Source: an uncultured Gemmatimonadales bacterium
GTDB lineage: Bacteria > Gemmatimonadota > Gemmatimonadetes > Gemmatimonadales > GWC2-71-9
Length of the DNA: 64,000 nt
NCBI GenBank assembly: GCA_963844035.1
Contig: CAWJMT010000005.1
Coordinates: forward strand, 160,001-224,000
Direction of reading: 5' to 3'
The position numbers were made by a program, and so were the translations under genes. Below, piece by piece: positions 57,192-64,000 of the stretch. Position 1 is the first letter of the stretch, and each line of letters starts with the position of its first letter. A model generated the notes under the pieces. It was given only the letters and a program-made list of their open reading frames with translations. It ran no database searches and was not told where the DNA came from.

Positions 57192-58764
57192 ATGACCGAC
57201 AACCGTTCGTAGCCGCACGCCGACGCCGACGCAACGAGCCGGAAACGGGAGCCGGTCTCCCAGGCGCCCGCTCGCCAAGGCCCCGACCGGCATCCCGGGG
57301 CTCGATGAGATCACCAACGGAGGCCTGCCCCGCGGGCGGCCCACGCTGGTGTGCGGCGGCGCCGGCTGCGGCAAGACGCTGCTCGCCATGGAATTCCTCG
57401 TGCGCGGCGCGCTCGACTACAACGAGCCGGGCGTCTTCATGTCGTTTGAGGAGACCGCCGAAGACCTGGTGGAAAACGCCCGGTCGCTCGGTTTCGACCT
57501 GCAGCGGCTGAGCGCCCGCCGGCGGCTGCTGCTCGATCACGTGCGCCTCGAGCGCACCCAGCTGACGGAGGCCGGCGAATACGATCTCGAGGGGTTGTTC
57601 ATCCGGCTGGGCCACGCGATCGATTCGATCCGCGCCAAGCGGGTCGTCCTGGACACCATCGAGCTGCTCTTCTCCGGGCTCTCCGACGCGTCTGTGCTGC
57701 GCGCCGAGCTGGCCCGGCTGTTTCGGTGGCTCAAGGCGAAGAAGGTCACGGCCATTGTGACGGGCGAGCGGGCGGGCGATCGCCTGACGCGCCACGGTCT
57801 CGAGGAGTTCGTTTCCGACTGCGTGATCGTGCTCGATCACCGGGTGACCGAGCAGAGCGCCACCCGGCGGTTGCGTATCGTCAAGTATCGCGGCTCGGGG
57901 CACGGCGGCAACGAGATGCCGTTCCTGATTGACGACCATGGCGTGTCGGTACTGCCGATCACTTCGCTGGGACTCGCGCACCAGGCGTCCACCGCACACG
58001 TGTCCACCGGGGTGGCCGGGTTGGACGGGATGTTTGGAAAGAAGGGATACTTTCGCGGCAACAGCGTGCTCGCGTCGGGAACGGCGGGCACCGGCAAGTC
58101 CAGCTTGGCGGCCCACTTTGTGGCGGCCGCGTGCCGGCGCGGAGAGCGCTGTCTGTACTTCGCCTTCGAGGAATCGCCGAGCCAGATCATGCGCAACATG
58201 CGGTCGATCGGCATCGCCCTCGAGCCCTGGATACGCCGCGGCCTGCTGCGCGTGCACGCCGAGCGGCCGACGGCCCTCGGCCTGGAAGCGCACCTGGTGG
58301 CGATGCACCGGCTCATCGACCAATGGCAACCCCGGGTAGTCATCGTGGACCCGGTCACCAACCTGATCGCGGTCGGCAGCGAGCTCGAAGTGAAGGCGAT
58401 GCTCGCGCGGCTCATCGATTTCATGAAGCTGCGGCAGATCACCGCGCTCTTTACCTCCCTGACCGAGGGCGGCGGCGCGGCCGAACGCACCGACCTGGGC
58501 GTGTCGTCGTTGATGGACATCTGGATGCTGCTCGGGAACCCGGAGGCGAACGGCGAGCGCAACCGGACGATCCAGATCGTCAAGGCCCGCGGCATGGCGC
58601 ACTCGAACCAGGTCCGCGAGTTCGTGATGAGCGACCGCGGCATCACGCTGGTGGACATCAGCCGCCGCGCCGACGGGAGCGTAGCCATCGGGGCGGCCCG
58701 CGGTGCGCAACAACAAGCGCGTGCCGGCGATCCCAAGCCCAGGCGCGGGCGCCGGGTCGAATGA
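57192..58764 (+). CDS. kaiC: Double-domain KaiC ATPase (KaiC2-like; one-base shift right after the ATG)
   Basis: [24 protein letters not shown]; second P-loop [17 protein letters not shown] and [13 protein letters not shown]. Confidence 0.95.
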
Positions 58765-59063
58765 AGAACGGAGCGCGCCGGACTTGGCGGCTGCGGCTGT
58801 ACGTGGCGGGGCAGACGCCAAAATCGATCGCCGCCCTGGCCAATCTGACGCGCCTGTGCGAGGGCCACCTCGCCGGCCTATACCGCATCGAAGTGATCGA
58901 CCTGGTGAAGCAGCCACACCTGGCGCGCCGGGACGACATCGTCGTGCTCCCGACCCTGGTGCGACAGCTGCCGCCGCCGATCCGCAAGATCATCGGCGAT
59001 CTGTCGAACGAGGAGCGGGTGCTAGTCGCGTTGGAGATGCTGCCGCATGATGACACGAAGTAG
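58761..59063 (+). CDS. kaiB: KaiB
   Basis: [40 protein letters not shown] overlap with kaiC. Confidence 0.95.
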   Translation: MKNGARRTWRLRLYVAGQTPKSIAALANLTRLCEGHLAGLYRIEVIDLVKQPHLARRDDIVVLPTLVRQLPPPIRKIIGDLSNEERVLVALEMLPHDDTK

Positions 59064-59075
59064 GCAACGCTCGCC

Positions 59076-60245
59076 GTGACGAAGAGACGCAAGGCGCCGC
59101 GCCGCCGCTCTCCGGCTCGACTGGCCAAGCTGCAGACCCGGCTCCGAGCGGCCGAGGACACCCTGCGTGCCCTCCGCGTCGGAGACGTCGATGCGCTGGT
59201 GACCACCCGCGGCGGGGACGAGCATGTGATCACGCTCGATGGTGCCGACCTCCCCTACCGCATTCTGCTGGACCAGATGTTCGCCGGCGCGGTCACGCTG
59301 ACGCCGGACGGTGTCGTCATCTACTGCAATACCCGGTTTGCCGACATCGTGCGGACGCCAATTGCACGCGTCCTCGGCTCGGCGATGAGCCGCTTTGTGC
59401 CGCCCTCTGAGCGGCCAACCCTCGAGGCGCTGCTCGCACGGGGGCTGGAGGGCCGCGCGGGGAGCGAGCTGGAGCTCCGGGTTGGCGATGGCGCCCGGGT
59501 GGCGGTCTCGGTCACTTTCGCTCCCCTGCGGTTGGCGGGGAGCGCCGGGGTCAGCGGCGTGATCGGCGTGGTCGTGGATGCGACCGAGCGGAAACAGCAG
59601 GAGGATCTCCGTTCCCGGCTGATCGAGCAGGTGATGACCGCGCAGGACGAGGAGCGGCGGCGGATCGCCCGTGAGCTCCACGATGAGACCGGGCAGTCGC
59701 TCACCGCGATGTTGGTGGGGCTGCGGACGATCGAGGAGTGCAGGACCGCAGCGGAGGCAGCCGGGCTGGCGCAGCACCTGCGCGCGGTCGTCGCCCAAAC
59801 GCTCGTGGACGTCGGGCGGCTCGCGCGGGGACTGCACCCGAGCGTCCTCGACGATCTGGGGCTCGCCGCGGCCGTGACCAACCAGGCGCACGATCTCGAG
59901 GAAATGCACGGAATCGCCGTGGACGTGCGCATCGAGGGACTCGATGCCGAAGCGTTGCCGCCCCTGCTGCAGACGACGGTGTACCGCCTCGTCCAGGAGG
60001 CGCTGACCAATGTGGCACGACATGCCAAGGCACGGCGGGCGACAGTGCGGCTGGTGCGAGACGAGGCGACGGTCGAGCTGCGCGTGCAGGATGACGGCAT
60101 CGGCTTCGCTGCGCGAAATCAACGGGGCCTCGGCCTGCAAGGCATGCGGGAGCGCGCCGCCCTGCTCGGCGGCTCGGTCGCGATCGAGTCGCCCCCGGGA
60201 GGCGGGACGACCGTCGCGGTCCGCTTTCCCGTGCGCGGCGTCTAG
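59076..60245 (+). CDS. Cytoplasmic PAS histidine kinase (HisKA_3)
   Basis: GDVDALV-PAS, ERRRIARELHDE.GQ, QEALTN, DDG.GF and GL.GMRER motifs. Confidence 0.93.
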   Translation: MTKRRKAPRRRSPARLAKLQTRLRAAEDTLRALRVGDVDALVTTRGGDEHVITLDGADLPYRILLDQMFAGAVTLTPDGVVIYCNTRFADIVRTPIARVLGSAMSRFVPPSERPTLEALLARGLEGRAGSELELRVGDGARVAVSVTFAPLRLAGSAGVSGVIGVVVDATERKQQEDLRSRLIEQVMTAQDEERRRIARELHDETGQSLTAMLVGLRTIEECRTAAEAAGLAQHLRAVVAQTLVDVGRLARGLHPSVLDDLGLAAAVTNQAHDLEEMHGIAVDVRIEGLDAEALPPLLQTTVYRLVQEALTNVARHAKARRATVRLVRDEATVELRVQDDGIGFAARNQRGLGLQGMRERAALLGGSVAIESPPGGGTTVAVRFPVRGV

Positions 60246-60250
60246 CACGC

Positions 60251-60913
60251 ATGCCGAAAATCCGCGTGCTCGTCGCCGACGACCACACCGTCCTCCGGGC
60301 CGGCCTGACGCTGCTCATCAACGCTCAGTCCGATATGGAAGTGGTGGGCGAAGCCGCCGACGGCGCCGAAACGGTGAGCCGGGCGCGGGACCTCGGGTGC
60401 GACGTCGTCCTCCTGGACCTCACCATGCCCGGCTCCTCCAGCACCGCGGTCATCGGATGGCTGAGGCGACTGGACCCAATGCCGCGCATTCTCGTGCTCA
60501 CCGGGCACGACGATCCGGCCTACCTGCGCTCCGCGCTCCGGGCCGGCGCGTCCGGTTACATCGTCAAGAGCGTGGCGGACGTCGACCTGTTGGCCGCGAT
60601 CCGCGTTGTTTACGACGGCGGCAGTTTCGTACGGTTGACGCGTTTCGGCGAACCGACGGGGGGGGATGTGGTCCGGCGTGGCTCCGGCGACTCGCCGGCT
60701 GTTGCGCCGTCCCGGCCGCTCAGCCGGCGGGAGGTCGAGGTGCTGCGACTCCTGGCGCAAGGGCATACGAATCAAGAGGTTGCGGATCGGTTGACCGTGA
60801 GTACCAAGACCGTCGAAACGCACCGCCGGCGCCTGACCGACAAGCTGGGGCTCAAGAGCCGCGCCGAGCTGTTCAGCTTTGCCGTCGAGGCTGGCCTGTT
60901 CGAGAAGTCGTAG
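60251..60913 (+). CDS. NarL/LuxR family response regulator
   Basis: ADDH, LLDLTMPG, GY..K, LS.RE and KTVETHR motifs. Confidence 0.95.
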   Translation: MPKIRVLVADDHTVLRAGLTLLINAQSDMEVVGEAADGAETVSRARDLGCDVVLLDLTMPGSSSTAVIGWLRRLDPMPRILVLTGHDDPAYLRSALRAGASGYIVKSVADVDLLAAIRVVYDGGSFVRLTRFGEPTGGDVVRRGSGDSPAVAPSRPLSRREVEVLRLLAQGHTNQEVADRLTVSTKTVETHRRRLTDKLGLKSRAELFSFAVEAGLFEKS

Positions 60914-60926
60914 CGGCTCGACGGTG

Positions 60927-60942
60927 TCAGGGATTTTCCCGA
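60927..60942. promoter_or_regulatory. Imperfect palindrome upstream of the second regulator
   Basis: TCAGGGATTTTCCCGA. Confidence 0.35.
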
Positions 60943-61043
60943 CGCCTGTCTCTATCGCGTTACAGTTCCCCTATACCCACCGCCCCCCAGTTTGCTGTAG
61001 TATTCATGCTCTGTGAGCGCGTGTCACGCGGGCCGCGCCCGAA

Positions 61044-61760
61044 TTGCCCCGCGAAGATCACTCAAGGATCCTGCAACTGCCGAAACGCCCTCAGGTCGAA
61101 CGCATCCAGGTGGTGGTCATCGACGACAACCGCCTCGTACGCGAGGGGCTCAAGGCCCTGCTCGATGCGATGCCAGACTTGAAAGTTGTGGCGACCGCGG
61201 AAGATGTGACCGACGGACTGCGCCAGGTGCGGGAGTTGACACCCCAGGTCGTGCTGCTGGATGCGACGATGGACAACGGCGACACCGCTCGCTGCGTGGA
61301 AACGCTCCGCAAGACCACCCCGACAGCCAAGGTGATCGTGATGGACCTGCTGGCCGGGCCTGAAGACGTGATCGAGTTCGTCAAGGCGGGGGCCAACGGA
61401 TTCGTCATGAAGGACGCGACGCTCGACGATCTCGTGCGCACGATTCGATCGGTCGCCGAGGGAGCGGACGTGGTTCCCCCCGCCTTGACCGGGACGCTGC
61501 TGTCGCACATCGCGCAACAGGCGGTGACCCGTCATCTGCCGGGCGTCGAGCAGGCCGTGCGCATGACGAAGCGTGAGCGGCAGATCATGGATTTGATTGC
61601 GGAGGGTCTGAGCAACAAGGAGATCGCGCAGCGGCTCAACATTGCGACCTACACGGTCAAGAGCCACGTGCACAACATTCTGGAAAAGCTGGCGTTGCAC
61701 AGCCGGCTGCAGATCGCCGCGTATACCCACAAGGCCGGAGCTGTTCCCGCCGCGACGTAG
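61044..61760 (+). CDS. Second NarL/LuxR family response regulator (start uncertain)
   Basis: IDDN, LLD, GFVMK, T.RE, SNKEIA and TVKSHV motifs. Confidence 0.93.
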   Translation: MPREDHSRILQLPKRPQVERIQVVVIDDNRLVREGLKALLDAMPDLKVVATAEDVTDGLRQVRELTPQVVLLDATMDNGDTARCVETLRKTTPTAKVIVMDLLAGPEDVIEFVKAGANGFVMKDATLDDLVRTIRSVAEGADVVPPALTGTLLSHIAQQAVTRHLPGVEQAVRMTKRERQIMDLIAEGLSNKEIAQRLNIATYTVKSHVHNILEKLALHSRLQIAAYTHKAGAVPAAT

Positions 61761-61779
61761 TCCCCTTCGATTGGCCGAC

Positions 61780-62216
61780 TGTACTGCGAACGCGCGGGTC
61801 AGGCCCCGCGTGGGCCGCCGTTTGCGGCAACGACTTTTTTCGCCGTGCGTGGGCCACCGTTTGCGGATGCGACTTTTCGCCGTGCGACTGCCTGCCCGGG
61901 CAACGGGTAACGCAAACGAAAACTTCGCAGGTCCCGTGAGGGCGAAGTCCATGTTCAGCTGCTTCAGCTGCGTCTCGATCGCCCGATCGACGTCGGGCAC
62001 CTGCGCGGGGTTGTCGGTGACGACAAGGATGTGGGTGATGTTGGTTTCGAGCACGATCCGGCCGGTCCACAGGCGTCCTCCACGCAGCGCCGCCGACTGG
62101 GCCCGGCGGAGCAGGGCCTTGATCTTCTTGAACCGCATCTCGGGCTGAGGCGGATTGAGCTCATAGGCGTAGACCCAGCGGGTCTTGGCCGCTCGCCGCG
62201 GTCGCTTGAGAACCAT
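61780..62216 (-). CDS. Hypothetical basic protein (3' end uncertain)
   Basis: AAGGAGG SD before MVLKRPRR; globular-looking N-terminal half, repetitive R/K tail. Confidence 0.55.
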
Positions 62217-62469
62217 CGAACTCCTCCTTCTCGTATTCATCAGCTATTCATCAGCCGCGCACTTCCGGCGTAATGCTGTCAGTACTCGCAGTACGCGCGC
62301 AGCATCGCAGCCTCTCCTACCAGATCGCAACCTATCGCGCCCGTGTTGTGTGGCGCCATCCATCATGAGGACGACACTCACCTCGGTCGAATAGACCTCC
62401 ATCCTACGACGTAGTCCGTTCGATGCGCAGTGACCCCGTCCGCTCGGCAAAAATCTCTAACTCATTTCT

Positions 62470-62493
62470 CATCCCATCTGGGGATGTTCCCCG
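62470..62493 (+). promoter_or_regulatory. CATCC-N7-GGATG palindrome
   Basis: Matches the 53374 site including the downstream TWCCCCG. Confidence 0.55.
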
Positions 62494-62621
62494 CGGGCCG
62501 GCATGCGCAGGTTGCGTGCAGGGATTTGGCAGTCCACAGCGGGACGAATTGCGGGAGCACACATGAACCCCATCACACAGAGCAGCAGCACGGGAACGAT
62601 GCTGTACGCGGGAGACCGGGT

Positions 62622-62843
62622 ATGAAGCCGTTAGCGCTGGCGGGAATCGTCCTGGCGGTACTTGGCGGCTTCATCGTGTTCAGAGGCATGAGCTACGGCT
62701 CTGAGCACAACGTGATGAAGGTCGGCGACCTGCAGGTCTCCACCAAAGAGCAGCACACAATTCCCGCCTGGATGGGCGGCGTAGCACTCGTTGCCGGCGT
62801 GCTGTTGGTCGCCGCCGGCGTTGGCAGACGGCGTAGCGCATAG
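62622..62843 (+). CDS. Small 2-TM membrane protein (DUF3185-like)
   Basis: GIVL..LG, K.GDLQVS and IP.W.GG.ALVAG motifs. Confidence 0.75.
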   Translation: MKPLALAGIVLAVLGGFIVFRGMSYGSEHNVMKVGDLQVSTKEQHTIPAWMGGVALVAGVLLVAAGVGRRRSA

Positions 62844-62855
62844 GGAGATAAGAAC

Positions 62856-63005
62856 ATGATTTGGACACTCGCACTCGTCTTGGTCATTCTCTGGGCCCTT
62901 GGCCTGGTGACGTCGTACACGTTCGGGGGAATGATTCACCTGCTCCTGGTCGTGGCGCTCGTGGTGATCGTCATTCGTGCCCTCCAAGGTCGAAGGGTTG
63001 TGTAG
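62856..63005 (+). CDS. lmo0937-family small membrane protein (49 aa)
   Basis: MIWTLALVLVILWALGLVTSYTFGGMIHLLLVVALVVIVIRALQGRRVV; GGAG SD. Confidence 0.88.
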   Translation: MIWTLALVLVILWALGLVTSYTFGGMIHLLLVVALVVIVIRALQGRRVV

Positions 63006-63024
63006 GTCTCCGGACGGAGGACGT

Positions 63025-63654
63025 ATGTCGAAGACATTGCTCACAGCGGTCCTGGTGCTTGGCGTTGCGGCGTGTTCGCCCGCCTCCGGCAAGAATGCGG
63101 AGGGCGGCGGCGCGTCCGCGTCACGCACCCTGGTCGAGGGGACGCGGATCGAAGCGACGACTGGGGATGCGCTGTCCTCGCGCCACAACGAGGCGGGCGA
63201 GACGCTCGCGGCAACCGTGAGCGCTGACGTCGAGGATGGGAGCGGCCACGTGGTCATTCCCGCGGGTTCCGCGGTGGCACTGCGGATCGTGCAGCTCGAA
63301 CCGGCCACCAACAAGAGTCAGGACGATGGGAAGATCGCGCTCGAGGCGACTGCTGTGACGGTCCGCGGGCAGGTCTATAGCATGAACGCGCGGCTCGACC
63401 CCGTCACGCACCAGCTGCACGGGCGGGGTGTCACGACCGGCGAAGCCGAGAAGGTTGGTGCTGGCGCGGCGATCGGAGCGGTGGCGGGTCGGGTGTTTGG
63501 CGGCGACACCAAGGGCGCGGTGATCGGCGGCGCGATCGGCGCCGGTGCGGGAACGGCCGTGGCCGTGCATTGGGCGAGCCGGGACGTGGTCGTCCCGGTT
63601 GGGACGCGCGTCACGTTTTCGCTGCCGCAGTCGCTCACCATATCGACTCGTTAG
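63025..63654 (+). CDS. Lipoprotein with a glycine zipper
   Basis: VAAC lipobox; GAGAAIGA..G and GA.IGGAIGAGAG motifs. Confidence 0.8.
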   Translation: MSKTLLTAVLVLGVAACSPASGKNAEGGGASASRTLVEGTRIEATTGDALSSRHNEAGETLAATVSADVEDGSGHVVIPAGSAVALRIVQLEPATNKSQDDGKIALEATAVTVRGQVYSMNARLDPVTHQLHGRGVTTGEAEKVGAGAAIGAVAGRVFGGDTKGAVIGGAIGAGAGTAVAVHWASRDVVVPVGTRVTFSLPQSLTISTR

Positions 63655-63687
63655 AGCGAATCTCTCATCCAATCAAGGGAAGACGTC

Positions 63688-63990
63688 ATGATCCGTGTTG
63701 CAACGATCTTGCTGGCCGCGCTGTGCACCGCCGGCGCCACGCAGCTCCTGGGTCAACAGCCCATCCTCGCACCGGTGGTGGAAGGGCGCATTCCGCAGGC
63801 GAGCGCGCCCGGCGCACCGTTGCCCGGCCCGCGTCTCGCGCCGGAGTTGCGCAGCTACGAGCCGACCTTTGCCGACAACCGCGCCACGGGGCAGCCGTTG
63901 CTCATGAGCAGCGGTTCCAATAACACCTTCGTGATCTCGACGCTGTCGCTCGTGCTGATCGCCGTCATCGTGGTGCTGCTGGTGGCGTAG
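63688..63990 (+). CDS. Hypothetical exported protein with a C-terminal TM anchor
   Basis: Signal peptide and hydrophobic C-terminus. Confidence 0.65.
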   Translation: MIRVATILLAALCTAGATQLLGQQPILAPVVEGRIPQASAPGAPLPGPRLAPELRSYEPTFADNRATGQPLLMSSGSNNTFVISTLSLVLIAVIVVLLVA

Positions 63991-64000
63991 TCGGAGCGGG

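Noticed and set aside
56023..58917. 964-aa minus-strand ORF
   Set aside because: Antisense shadow of ompA/kaiC/kaiB typical of high-GC DNA; no motifs.
57192..59063. Complete cyanobacterial-type circadian clock
   Set aside because: No kaiA or sasA in the window; oscillation cannot be inferred from sequence.

Overview
High-GC bacterial chromosomal window. The gene content (mfd-PPIase-surA-pdxA, short hisG plus hisZ, many Ig-domain lipoproteins) suggests a Gemmatimonadota-like organism; this is inference, not a search result. About half of the genes, including housekeeping genes such as hisD, carry single-base frameshifts, most likely long-read consensus errors, so many coordinates are reconstructed across frames. 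Content: housekeeping block (1-12.2 kb); six stand-alone tRNAs without encoded CCA; a five-gene DyP-peroxidase operon; an orphan P-II gene; two IS200-like/RAYT HUH transposase loci, each with its own REP palindromes; Ig-stalk surface proteins; and a 53-64 kb island with two DUF3494 ice-binding-like proteins, OmpA, KaiC, KaiB, a PAS histidine kinase, two NarL regulators and small stress-type membrane proteins. Best novelty candidates: (1) four ~82-bp composite REP repeats around a RAYT whose intervening segments are diverged copies of the neighbouring glyoxalase gene 3' end; (2) the KaiC/KaiB-TCS/ice-binding island, with a shared CRTCC-N7-GGAWG upstream palindrome; (3) the uncharacterised DyP operon; (4) a palindromic heptamer repeat inserted in-frame in pdxA.
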